Positions 40,601 to 53,041 of a stretch of DNA of 64,000 nucleotides are shown here, piece by piece; positions within the stretch are counted from its first letter, which is position 1; each line of letters starts with the position of its first letter. The notes under the pieces were generated by a model. It made no database searches, had not been told where the DNA came from, and was given only the letters and a program-made list of their open reading frames with translations. The DNA is from Guillardia theta CCMP2712. Its lineage: Eukaryota > Protista > Cryptophyta. Made by a program: the position numbers and the translations under genes. The stretch is from positions 65,669-129,668 of the forward strand of contig NW_005434545.1 of NCBI RefSeq assembly GCF_000315625.1. Direction: 5' to 3'.

Positions 40601-43600
40601 CCAGTCTCGTCCATACTGGTTGTAGCTGATACTACAACCATCCATAACGTCCACCGCGCACTTGCAGCAGGTCAGTCGGGTCTCAGGTCCGCACTGTACA
40701 CTCGCATCGCAGCTCTGCCTGGCTTTCGCGACTGCAAGGAATGTTTCGTTCAAAAAAACCTTTCCGTTGGCTACCGTGATGTTGAGAATGAATGGTTTGT
40801 CGGCGAAGTCATAGTCCATGTAATCGGGATCAAGAATCTGAACCGGCAGGCAGTGGTACATCAGGACCCCATAGATTGCTCGTCTCACGTTCGCGTCGGG
40901 GCACTTGACCTGCGCAAAGTTCTCCGGGGAGAAGGCGAACTTGACATCTTCAACGGCAGAGATGAAAGTCGGCGAGTCAATCTCCGGTCTATCGTTCACC
41001 GCGGCAACACGGATGTTCACAGTCTTGGTCGTGATCTTAGGGTCCCTTTGTGAACCACCAGAGTTTCCGTTGTCTCCCGCTATGATCGTGTAAGTGTCCA
41101 AGTCATCGCTCTCGATCTTGAACGTCGCGGGGTCTCGCTGAGCGACAGGGATACGGTACCGACGGTTGTAGTTCAGGTCCGTCAGATACAACACTCCGTC
41201 CAACACTCGATTCATGTCAGTCAGAGATCCGAACCCACTCAGCTCCTTCGTTCCAGACGTTCCCAGCGTCTCCAAGATGGAAGACAAGGCTGTACCGTCA
41301 TAAGCAAAGATCGAAGAACGACACAAGTTCGAGCCTGGCCCCGTGTACGTGCAACTCTGCCCTGACCATTTTTCGTTCCGAAAGATAAGCGGGATCGTCG
41401 AAGCATCCTTGTAAGGCCCACAGACCCCAGGGGCAGTGAAAGCTTTCCCGATGCCGTCAACGATCGGAGCCCCTGGGGAGCAGCCGCAGAGGCTGAAGGG
41501 TTCGCTCTGACAGTCAGCATCGACTGAGCAAGGTTTTGTGAGGTTTGCACAGCACCGGCAGGTACTCGCTTGTATCGCCCCCCCCTGCACGTAAGGGCTA
41601 CACTTGACCAAACTAGTCGAGGCGCAAGTGAGGCAAGGTTTGCCGGATTGACAGTCGCTGCAAGGCTTGCCAAATGAAAAATTGTTGGGCGGCATCATCA
41701 CAGGTAGCCCGCCACACGTTCGATCCTGAGAGGCTATCACACCGAACGTGTTCCGTCGGAATTCATCCCACTTGTTACGAGACCTGATCGAAGTTGAAAC
41801 GACAGTGAGCAAGACGACATAGCACTGGAGTGCAGAGACCTGTTGAACTTGAGAAGAAATTGAGCGTTTGGACAATCACTCCGGATGTCGCAGACGCAGT
41901 TGACCTCGTTTCCTGCGCTTGCTTACAGAGCGAAGATTTCAATCAGCATTCACGTACCAGTAGGGCAAAGAGAAGTTCCCACGTTAGCCAGAGAGCAGAC
42001 GCTCTTGAACTCCATGGAACCAACTCTAAAAGAGTCCGTTCCCAGACTCAAATCGCTGACAAACTTGCACCAGTCAGCGTTGTAGAAAGAAGGCAGCCAT
42101 CCAGCGATAGAGAGATAGCTGTCATATTGAGAAAAAGTCAAAAGACGACAACTCTCCGAGTTCATTCATGAAATTACCTTGTCTCTTTGGTGAAATTCAA
42201 GAAAATGTTTCTGAAATAATTCAAATATAGATTGCCTCTCGTCACTGATATTGTGATGGACATCTTGTTCAACTGATACTGATTCTCCGCTGCTTTCTGC
42301 CAATCTAGATCTGCCAATGATGAGACGATGACTTCGTTCAAATCTACGTCCGAAACAACGATCCCCTTCAAACCAAACACTATGTCTTCCTGGAGGTGCG
42401 AAAGTTAAAGTGAGAAATCATGACAAAGAACTGTTCACCTGGGCAGCAAATTCAAGAAAATCAGAAGTGATGACAGGTGCATCATTCACAGCAACGATCG
42501 TAATAGGGATCTGAGTCGAAACGATCTCGGAGACTCCGTCGGCTCCCGTACTTCCCTGATCTGATACGGTCACTGTGATGTACTCGACCTGTCCTCTGCA
42601 TAATTCAAAATCAGCGTGAGAAAGATCTTCGATCTGAGATCCACGTACCCCGTCATAGTGTTGTAGTTCAAAACTGTGCTGCCAGGCTGATTCACCATGG
42701 TTTGACTTTCAACTTGATAGAAGAGAACTTGGATTGCAGAGTTCACTCTCGCCAGAAAACCGCCGAAGCCGAGCCGACTGACCCCATCTGTACCCTTCTC
42801 ATCCTACAGAAGCCAAATTCAGAAGATGAAAATGTTGGAGGGCTGATGCAAGTACCTGGTAGACAGCAAGACCAACTCTTGTGTTCAAACCCGTCATGCC
42901 CTTCAAGGTAGCAACGTTTGCGTCGACCTTTTTGCATTCTGGAAATGCATAGGTACACTCTTCGAAAAGATCTATATCGTCGGCTTTGGTGTTGGGAATA
43001 GCAAGAATTTTGTCAGTATCCTCGTATCTAAAAAATTGACCGAAGTGGCATTCCTCGAGCGTAGATAAAGGATTTGCAGTACAAATAGGACTCTTCTTCC
43101 ATCCTGTCGTCGGATTCACGAGAGTCGGAGCATTGTTGACATCCACGATATGTACAATTTGGCTGATATTTGCCACCATCTTGCCCAGCATTTCAAGTGA
43201 TATTGTCATCTCTTCAAAAGGTAGCTTTTGTGCCGTCTTTGCACTCAAGTATCTTGATTTCAACCTCAGAAAGTTTTGATTCGGCTCAGCTTTGTAAGTC
43301 AAATTTTGCATCGCTGCATCCACCATTGCATAAAGGCCGCTGAACTTCAAGATTCTGGCCTTGGGCAACAGGTTGGTCTCTTGAACGAAAGAGAACTCTA
43401 CACTAGACAGAACCGCTGCGGAGGGAAACTCAGGGATGAGATTACATGTCTTGATGCTGGGGTTGCACACAGTGCACACCAAGTTGCCTGCAGCAGGGTC
43501 TGTCGCAAAGTTGGTGGACTGATCGGGACAGTACTTGTCAAGGCCATAGATTGAAACGGCTCCCCAATGGACCTTGACCGTAACGGTTATGATTTCGGTT

Positions 43601-44184
43601 CCATCATATGCAATTGGATCTATCGAGGGCACAGGATTTTCTTGAAAAAAGCGAGTTCCGACAGCGCTCCAAGTGTCTTCACGTGCAATCACCACAGGCT
43701 TACACTCTGCTGGCCAGTTCTGACCAGGAAACCCGTTGTTCCACTCCGCACATGCGTAGACCCCGCTGCTCATGCAGTCGCAAGTGTCTTCCTCGGCTTT
43801 CATTCTCTGCGTCGCACACGTAAACTGAGTGGAAGTATCAATCGTGCAAGTCTTGATTTCTCCCCCAGTCCATCTCCATACAGGTTTAAGCTTATTCCAA
43901 CCTCCGTCGTCGTATCCTATGTAGTAGCTGCCACACCAATACTTATTCACATGCGCACCAGGTGCCGCTTGCAGAACATAATTTACAGGACCACCACACA
44001 AAGCTCCAGCTAAAGTCGTGTATAAGGTTGATCCGCATGTTGTTGTCCCCTCGGGACAGCAGAGGCCAGGATTGCTTCCTGTCGTACACTGACCTTCCAC
44101 GAGTGCCAGGCGGAGGAGGAAAGGCAAGAACCTGAGAGCCTGGCTTAACGTAGCTCTCAGCATGATGAGCGGATGTTTGGACAT
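34614..44184 (-). CDS. Giant cell-surface multi-pass membrane protein with cadherin-like repeats and Cys-rich/PSI-like modules
   Basis: Signal peptide MSKHPLIMLRATLSQALRFLPFLLRLALVEG. Five VN[DN]xP motifs with DxD and DxG partners, Cys-rich inserts, then several TM clusters. ORFs 42799-44328, 40112-41875, 39624-40118, 37286-39511, 35929-36891, 35209-35889 and 34878-35216 are collinear. The 3' end is uncertain. Confidence 0.75.
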
Positions 44185-44478
44185 GCTGGTGGTCAAGAGG
44201 GAACGAAGAGAGAGGGGAAGAGAGGAGGAGGGGAGTGCGGGAGGAGCGCGGCATACGCCGTCCCCGCTGCCGCCGCCATTGACTGACCCCTGACGCTCGA
44301 TGCGGACAGACGCGCCAGGCCAACCCAAGCAATGACAAACCGTTGCAAGACGGTTACAGAAGGTATGGACAGGTTACAAGTTTTCATCACCGTTACAGGC
44401 TTTACTCACAGATGATCTGCACTTTGATGCGTTATTTCCGTTACTTTCAAGATGCGGGGATGAGGGCCCAGGGCGAAC

Positions 44479-45472
44479 ATGGTGGTGGTGGAGGTCGGCG
44501 GGCATGGGGTGAGGGTGGAGATGTACCAAGACGTGAAGAACTCAGGTATGTGGGGCAGGCATGCTCTTGCCGCCCTCTCAGCGAGAAGCCTTCTGCCTTG
44601 CTCCCTCCATCACCATCCTGATCATGACGGAACACTCACCTCAAGTTGCGATGTCCTTTGCTCCTTGACGGAGAATTCTGAACCTCACTGAAGTATCGTG
44701 CTGTTAAATTAGCTGCATTGAGGGAAGAGATCATCTCGAAAAAGCTACAGGTTTCTCTTCTCGATGCGAAATGGTGAGTTTGAATATGTTCTTGTTGGAT
44801 CCTAAATGTCTTTGACCTGCGCGCTTTCATAGATTTTGGATGTTTTTCAAGTTCTGATAGCTGCCAAGAAAGCGTTGTACTCCGCAGACAAAAACAGTCT
44901 TGCAACACATGGTTGCAATGGAAACAGGGTGAATTCGGCAAGGATTGACTGATATTCAATCGCACAGGTCTGCACACTGAACTCATCTACTGCTTGTCGG
45001 GACAGAGGAGTATTTCGGCAGCTCTGAACACGTTTGGGGTACAGGCCGAGAGGTTCCATCGTACATGTTCGCACGTGAGAGGATGATGATGCTTGCAGCA
45101 AACATGTGGTTGTAGTCGTCATCGATGATGACGGAGAGACCTTCAATACGATTGCTACACTAATAGACGGAAAACATGTGAAGAGCGATGCTGCTGGTTT
45201 GCTGACTCTGTTGTAACACTCATTGTAGGGTAACCTCGATGTACTGAAAGATATCAGCGACACAGAGAAGATCAAGAAGATGTGCGATTGATCTCACACC
45301 ACGACATAGTCCTCATTGCATTTTGTGCGCAGATATAAAGTAACGGCAGAGGAACTCTCGCACCCTTCGTCTTCACTTTTGGATTCAGTGGTACGTCGAA
45401 GATTTCGCCATGGCGAGTTGTTTACCTTGGTCATCCCAGGTCACGAGGATAGCAGCACGAGATTCTCTATGA
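44479..45472 (+). CDS. CGI121: EKC/KEOPS complex subunit CGI121/TPRKB, many short introns (only fragments appear in the ORF track)
   Basis: The spliced product reads MYQDVKNS..LREEI..ILDVFQVLIAAKKA..LATHGLHTELIYCLSGQRSISAALNTFG..KIKKIYKVTAEEL..LLDSVVTRIAARDSL*. This follows the TPRKB pattern along its length. Confidence 0.88.
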
Positions 45473-45552
45473 TACATGACTTGCTTTATCTGAAAAGCTC
45501 TTAAACGTGACTGAATATTGTCTCACTAAATTCCATCGCCTCGGAAATCCTC

Positions 45553-48500
45553 TCACGAACTTTCGAACTTCCGGGCCTTGAGTTTGTCAAATCTGCAGGC
45601 TCTCATTATTCAGGAGATTGCTGTGAAGTCATCAATGCCGACCCACCTGATATGCTCTCTGTCGAGGCAGTCGATTTTTCCTCGACCACGAAATTCTTGG
45701 AAGAGTTCGATCGTCTGCCAGCAAGGTCATCTACAAAGGCCTCCAAGGTGTGTGTGTGTGTGTACAAGAAATCTGGCTTCGAGGACAAGGGCCTCCTCCG
45801 AGGAGGTGACACTGATCGGACGGTCTCGCGGCCCTTGTACGACGGTTGGCCCGACAGGGGTCTTGCCCTCGTGAGCCTCAGCTTCAGCTCATCCTGTAGC
45901 TCCTTCATCTCTTTGATCTGCTCCCTTCAACGCAAGTCAGCACGACACGGTTGACCCCGCAGGACATACTTGGTGGGGAAGACAGTCGGGGAATCAGGAG
46001 GAGTCCGGCTGGGCGAAGCTCCGTCGACATCGCCATCGAGCTCCAATTGTAACGCTGCTGTTGCTTCCATGAGCGTGCTGATGAGCAAGTGAGTCGGCAA
46101 AAGAGTCGCGGGAGGTGAAGCCATGGCCACTCACCGATGTATCTTGTCGTTGACTTGTTTGAGAGCCCCGCTGTATTGAAAGTCGTCTCCCACTTCTGCG
46201 ACTCCGTAGTGAAAAGGTCGAGAGGACAGCGCCAGATCAAACTTGGCAGTACACACCGTGAGCATTCTCAGCCTCTGCACCGTCTCTTGGTGTCTCTGGT
46301 TGGAGATTCCTCGATGAGGTCTGTATCATCGTCGACATGAGGTAGTTGGTGTCCTTAGATGCAGACTCTTCTGCCGGGAGCGACGGCTGCGAGAAGTTGA
46401 GTTCTTGTGTACTCAAGCAGTCGAATCAGATTCAGTCACCTTCCTCTCACTGTTTCCACGGAGTTTTGAAAGTACAGAGGCCACAGCACCATCGCCTTGC
46501 TTGTATTCGACTGCCGCGGTAGCGTCTGCCAAGAAGATCAGATTGTCCTCTTCAACTGTGTCCTCAGACTTTGAGATCCAGCGCTGAGGTCTCGATTCTT
46601 TATCTGGAGCAGCAAACGTTCAACCGATGACGAGAGGGGGGAGAAGGAGACGTTACCTGATCCATGGCCTTGTCGCGAAGCGTCTCTTGGTAGTCTGGCT
46701 TTTGTGGTGCGTAGATGAGACTGTGCCTGCATAGGAAATGAGACCCATTCGCTTATGAGGTATGTCAGTGCAGCTTACATGGATTCGTAGACATTCTTCC
46801 TTGCGCTCTCAAGAGCTTCTTTCAGATTGTTCAACGTCTTTTCAAATTCATCTTCGCAATCAATCAATCAATCAATCAGTGGGCATCTTCGAGAAGAAGG
46901 CGTCACCGATGGACAAGATGCTTGCCAACTCTTTGTATTGCCTCTTCTGATCCAGAGTCACCCCCCCGCGGTCCAAGATCTCGTCGGTTGCGTTGCTTCC
47001 ATCCCCAGACTGCAATCAGGTCGCAACATTCACACTTCCCTTTCAAATCTTCTTCATGCCAACAGCCGACCTGAGTTTGTGCTCGAGCACCTCGGATGTC
47101 CTCGTTGTCTAGACTGTCTACAGCCTGAACATCCAAGTCTGTGAAGAGCAAGGGAGTGGCAAGGATTCTACCGTGAGGTACTTTCTTATGCTCTCTTCGT
47201 ATCCCTTGAAACTACAAATAGGGTTTCCTGCCACACAGTTATGCTGTTCACGCACGTATGGACTTTCAGACCTTCGAGTTTCAGATCGATCAGCGAGGTC
47301 AGCCCTGCCATTAGCTCCATCTCTGAAAGAAAGAAGGCGATCAACTTTGCTCGTCCCATGGCTGGAATTGGAAGGAACCTCGTAACTCCGCCAAGTTGTT
47401 TCCGCTGAGGTCAAGAAATTCCAGGCCAGGGCAAACCTAGCATAGCGACCCGATCAGCTCAGGCGGCAAACGAAGCAAAAGAACGAAAATCACCGTTAGG
47501 AGGGTCTCTGAAGCCGTTGTCACTTGATTGTGTGAGATGTACAATTCTGCTAGGTGAGGAAGTCTAGTTGTCGAACGTCAATCACAACTGCGCAACAGGA
47601 GGATACACTGACTTCGGCAGCCCACGAATGTCAGAGATGGCGTTATGGTCCAATCGAAGAATTTCGAGATTTACACATGTCTTGAGACCCTGACAGGAAC
47701 CGAATCAGTCTTGACGGGTTGAGCTTCACCTGATGTCTTGCCTGGACTGACGCTATCTCGTTGTTGGACAGATCGAGCTCACGAAGTCTGGCCAGCGCGC
47801 TCATGCCCTCGATGACTCGAATGCTGGAAGTCAAAGGAGGTCAAGACTTGGCATCCGACACATGATGCGGGACACCTGTTGAAAGACATCGAGAGGCTTT
47901 CAAGGCACTTGAGCATACCCAGCCCTTCCAGGCGTGTCAAGTGATTCTGAGAAGCGTCAAGCCGCGTCAGCATGACGAGGGAGTCCAGCCCGCTGATCTG
48001 TGTCAGGTTGTTTCCGTCCAAGCACAAGGTCTTCAATTTCTTGTTGTCTCGCAGACTTTGCTTGCCGATCGTCTCAACCCTATTGATCTCTAGGTGGAGA
48101 GCTTCGAGCGCAGTCAGCTTCATGATTCCATTGAGCACTGTAATCTTGATGGATGTGCGTGTAAGTCAGGGACAGATCAATTGAATCATTCACCTTGTTA
48201 CAAGTTAGCTTCAGTTCCCTCAACTGGTAAAGGGACTCTAGTCCCTTCATGGATGTTATCCGATTATACGAAAGATCTAAATTACGAAGCATGTGCATCT
48301 TATTCAATCTGGTGATATTCGATATCCTCAATCCCACCAGAGAAAGGGATAGGAGGCGGCCAGCATCCGAAACGTTGGAGTTATAGAGTGCCTCGTCGAT
48401 CATCTCTCCTGAGATCTCCACTATGTTCTTTTCCTCGTCTTTCTCATTCTGAAAGAAACCCAAGCCTCCGTTCGGACGGTCGCGCTTGAGGATTTCTTGA

Positions 48501-48643
48501 AAGTTGATGGCTACCGAGGCTGAGGACCTCAGGCTGAGGTTTGATTGATCCAGAGACTTGCTTGCCCCTTCCTCGTCCACCGCCTCACTCGCACTGTGTG
48601 ATTCATCGAGAGACAAGGGCATGTTTGCAGGAACTGATTCCAT
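45553..48643 (-). CDS. SDS22-type leucine-rich repeat protein with a disordered/coiled C-terminus, multi-exon
   Basis: LRRs LRNLDLSYNRITSMKGLESLYQLRELKL, LKTLCLDGNNLTQISGL and LRELDLSNNEI. The 3' end (FDKLKARKFESS*) is tentative. Confidence 0.75.
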
Positions 48644-49383
48644 CGTGTGTTAAGTTAGATCTTACGACACATCATGCTGTTCCAAGGAGACCTGGTGGAG
48701 ACATCATATCAGGAAATACCACCACACAGCATTCCATTGTGTTTAATCTGCCATTTGTCCTTCCTTCCTCTCCCTCACCCCCTCTCTCCCTCTCTCCCTT
48801 GCGATCCTCGATCGAACCCTCGAAACTTGCTCCTTCTTTGGATGCTACACCACCTCTCCCATCTAACTCTCTCTGTTCCTTTTGGGCCTAGGTGATCAAA
48901 TCTACTTGTGATGTGCTCACATCAGCTCTCCTGTTCTCTGACTCTCCTCGCCATCATCATCGAAGCCCTCCTGCCCCTACCCCTGCTCCCCTGCTCCCAA
49001 ATCGCCATGGTCAAAATTTTTCAACCCGTTGGTCAGAGAGGGGATGAGGTTGGGTGTATCGAGGTTGAGGGCGATGAGTTCCGTGGGGATCATGGCGAAC
49101 CCTCAGCGCATTGGTGAGATGCGGCGGGATGGCGGAGGAGGACAGGAGAGGGACATGGGACGAGGATGGGGAGGAAGAAGAGGAAGAGGAGAGAGGTTCT
49201 GCTCGCCTCCCAGCCTTCCTGTGCTCCCCTTCCCCCCCCGCCCTGCCCCCTCTGCTGTTAAGAAGATGGCCCCTGCTCGCTGTGTGGCGTATCTATGGGA
49301 GGGGAGATGCGAGGGCCCGCCATGGAGGGCGAGATGTCAGTCGAGTCTGAGCACTTTTCATAGACAAGGCAACGTTGGACAAC

Positions 49384-50493
49384 ATGGGCAAGAAGGAGGT
49401 GCTGGAGGCGCTGCAGTCCATTGCGTCCCTTCAGTTCCTGCAGGACTTGAAGCTGGCAGGTGCTTGCTGGCCCTAACCGACCTCGAGACTCAGAGCTGCT
49501 TCAGGTTCCGCCAGTAGCGTGCTCAAGAAGGCGAACAAGGACAAGCTGGTCGAGGCCTACGAGCTCTGCTTCGAGAAGGGCGCGTTTGGCACGGAGGAGG
49601 AGCGACAGGCCGAGCGACTTGCGCAGGAGATGGAGAAGGCGAAGCTCGAAGAGGCAAAGAGCGCCAACCAGGCAGACAAGAGTACTAGATGCCGTGTTGC
49701 GACATGACAAGCTGATGACGCGGCGAGCAGGCAAAGATAAGGAAGAAGCACAGGAGCAAGAGCCCAAGGGGTACAAACTCGTTATGATCAGCAAAGGAAA
49801 CAAGATGAATTATCCCAAGAAAGGCGACAAAGTGAAGGTGAAGGCATCATACGTACATTCTTGAAGCCGACGATGTCTTCAGGTCAACTACCATGGAACG
49901 CTGCTTGACGGGACTGTCTTCGACAGGTCATTCCCATTGCAGTTTGCTCAGTGCGGATTGTAAGCGTGCCCGCAGCACCACAGATGAGGAGTTTCTCAAG
50001 AAGAACAAGAGGAAGGCTCAACCTCTGACTTTCAAGGTGTTGCCATCAAGCCGGGGAGGAGAATGGGGCGAAGAGGACTGACTGAGAGGCGATGCTGAGG
50101 CGAAGAGGACTGACTGAGAGGCGATGCTGAGGCGAAGAGGACTGACTGAGAGGCGATGCTGAGGCGAAGAGGACTGACTGAGAGGCGATGCTGAGGCGAA
50201 GAGGACTGACTGAGAGGCGATGCTGAGGCGAAGAGGACTGACTGAGAGGCGATGCAACAGGTTGGCTCGAACCAAGTGATCAGAGGGTGGGACGAAGCTG
50301 TGCGGGAGATGAGCGTGGGAGAGAAAGCGACGCTCACCATCGAGCCGTCATGGGCGTACGGATCCAAGGGAGTGCCTGAGGTCATGCCCCAGTCACTCAA
50401 GGGAGGACGGAGGAAGGTGACGTACTTGTGCAGGCCGGGATCCCCAAAAACGCAACTCTCGTGTTCGAGATGCACCTTGTCGGGATTATTTGA
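49384..50493 (+). CDS. FKBP3: FKBP25/FKBP3-type peptidyl-prolyl isomerase (N-terminal basic helix bundle plus FKBP domain)
   Basis: KKEVLEALQ..FLQDLKLAG....VLKKANKDKLVEAYELCF resembles the FKBP25 N-domain. FKBP segments are YPKKGDKVKVNYHGTLLDGTVFD, KKNKRKAQPLTFKVG..QVIRGWDEA, EPSWAYG and IPKNATLVFE. The true start may be slightly upstream. Confidence 0.9.
50067..50255. repeat. 32-bp intronic minisatellite (GGCGAAGAGGACTGACTGAGAGGCGATGCTGA), 5 copies plus 29 bp
   Basis: Identical units inside the FKBP3 intron 50037-50260. Confidence 0.96.
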
Positions 50494-50686
50494 GGGCTGC
50501 CGGGCTGGCAGACGTCTCAGTTGTCAAGTCTTTAATGATTTTCACTCCCACAGAAGAACATATCATTTCAGTCTTGTGAACATTTTCATAGCACTTCAGT
50601 CTTGTGAACATTTTGCTTACAATAAAAAAATAATCAACACTCATAACCCTTCTATAGAACGTCCAGGCTGCGAATAAACTAGTGAG

Positions 50687-53041
50687 TTAATGCCCCTCCG
50701 CTGCAAGATCTCCGACGATATCCATCGCTTCGTCGCTGACCCGCGAGGCCTGGAGGAGAAGTCAGAGCTGCATGTCTTCTCAGACAGAAGCGAAAACCTG
50801 CATAGCAGACCGCGAGAACCCGGTGGATGAGTGACCCTCCGAGCTTCTTAACCTCTCCGATCTGAACGAAGAATCTTTCCTTGCTGCTTTCTGCTTTTCA
50901 GCCTGATCCCCCGCCTGCTGCTTCGGAGATGCTGCTGCCCTGCTCTGCTTCACCTTCGGCAACTCTCCATGGCTCTTGGCGAAGAAGATAGCTGCTGCCT
51001 GTTGAACATGGATGTGAGAAAACTGAGTGCCAAGAAAGACAATTCAAGACCTCGTCCTTCTGCTGCTGATTTCCAGTAACGAGCCAGTCCTGGAGTTGAG
51101 CATCTGTTGGTCCTTTACCCTCCGCATACTAGGATTGTACTTTGTCAAAAACAAGGGGGTTGGAACACCCAAGGGTCACCTTCTTGATGGCTTCCTCATC
51201 TATGGTATGGGAGTCCGGACAGATACGACTCACGACAACACAAGCAGAGTCACAACAGCGCTTCGCCTGTCAGGTTTGTGTCAATGAATAGAAGCGCAAA
51301 TTCTGCGTGTCTTACCCCCTTGATCATCTTCGGTTGTTCAGTATGTTGTGCGAGGAGTTTGTGTTTCTTCGCTTCTTTCTTGGCATCCTTGACGACAGGG
51401 TAGCTGTAGTTGTCCTGGTCACATCCAAAGTCGTCCTCGTCATTGCATTGTCGTCACCTGTGATCCTCTTCGTGCTTGTACAGCATGGCAGCAGCTTCCT
51501 TCTTCTGAGCGTGACTGCCCGAGATGAGATACTGGGAAACCAATCACGTCAATCGGATCGTGCGCCATCAAATGTTCAGATCAATCACTTCAATCAGCTC
51601 GTGCTGGGTGGCATCCTTCGGGATCGCTCCAGCTGGTAAGCTCACAGCTTTGGGAGCCTCGACTTTTGCTGATGACACAACTTTGCCCTTCAATGCAGGA
51701 TGTAGAGTTCTTTCCACATTCTGCTGTTTCGAAGCGAGCTTCTTCTCTGCATTGTGAACGGAGGTTATTGATCATTCTAGATTCCAACATTCTACAACAC
51801 AGACCTGCGGTGCTAGGATGCAATGGCTTTTGTGCCGCGTTTGCAGCCGCAACGCTTGTTTGTTGAGCGTTGCCTGAAGTCCGTGCCCGACTGTGCGCAA
51901 TTGCTGCTGTTGCAACTAGAGAGCATAGTGAATCAGTTTCCATGTCACATGGTGGTGCAATAAAAAGTCAACCTTCTTGAGCAGCTCTCTTCAGCGTCTC
52001 CGGCACAATATGAGCAGAGAGGAAGCTTCCTGCATCAGATTCCTGGGGATTCTTGTCGAGAGCAGCATTCTTTTCGACCTTCTCATTGCGCTGCTTCTCC
52101 GCCTCAAGCTTGGCGTTAATCAGCTTCTCCTTCAATTCGGCATTTTGAGCTTCTTCCTTGGCAAGCTTAGACTCCAATTCCAGCTCCTTCATCCTCAGCG
52201 TCTCCGTCTCGACATCCGAAGTTTTCTTCGCATCTTCTCCATGCTGAGCTGAAGATTCCTTGGCACTTGACAGCACTTGGCGCCTGTCAGGATGGGAAGA
52301 CAGAGCACCAGCATGGGCGCCCGCATGAGACGAGCGGACTGATTTGCCTGCGGCTGGATTATTCTCGTTCATGGTGACTGTCCCGGCACTACCTGGATAT
52401 CTTTCCTGATGCAATATCTTCGCCCAAGCTTTGTTGCTGCCAGAGCCCCATGCTGCAAGCTCTGCTGCTGCTTCGCCAGGAGACTTCGCATCTGCCCCAG
52501 GTTGGAATTGACCTTGAAACACTACCTGAGACTGCATCTGAGGGGCAGAGGCAACAATGGCATTCGAGAGCATGGAGTTGTGCTTTGACAATTGATCTGT
52601 TGCTTCCATTTCGATCTTTCGCTCCATCTGCTCCATGGCACGTTCTTCAGCCACCTTCTTCATTTCAAGTCTGGATAAAAGTTGTGAGAGGTATAATCTT
52701 TTTCTGAGGAAGTTTGAAGATGAAACACCTTCTCTGCGCCAATTCCTTTCGTTCATCATTCAATCTCTGCTTTTGAATGGCGAGCATGGAAGAAGATTTC
52801 GACTTCTTTGCCCTCTTGTTAGCAATCCTGCAATACGAGGATCCAATCTTAATGCCGACAGAAGAAACATGATAGGTATTCACCAGTCATGAGATAGTTG
52901 CTTGTCGAATGCTCGAAAATCTATCTGTCTCAACGAGGTTGATTCTCCCACACTCCCTTGGTTGTTGACCCAACATATGGCTATGATACAGGCAACAGCC
53001 AACACACTGGCCAGAACGACTCTTATCTTCCTGGAGTCCAT
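50687..53041 (-). CDS. Hypothetical type II membrane/secreted low-complexity coiled-coil protein, multi-exon
   Basis: Signal-anchor MDSRKIRVVLASVLAVACIIAI, the A/K/E/Q-rich ORF 51968-52759, and a terminal exon ASRVSDEAMDIVGDLAAEGH*. Confidence 0.55.

Noticed and set aside
20940-45472. Telomere-themed cluster (ASA1/GNB1L, EST1-like, CGI121)
   Set aside because: The genes are separated by unrelated loci and each has a main non-telomeric role. Chance is a sufficient explanation without synteny data.
50018-50475. Antisense repeat-peptide ORFs
   Set aside because: They are artefacts of the 32-bp intronic minisatellite in FKBP3.
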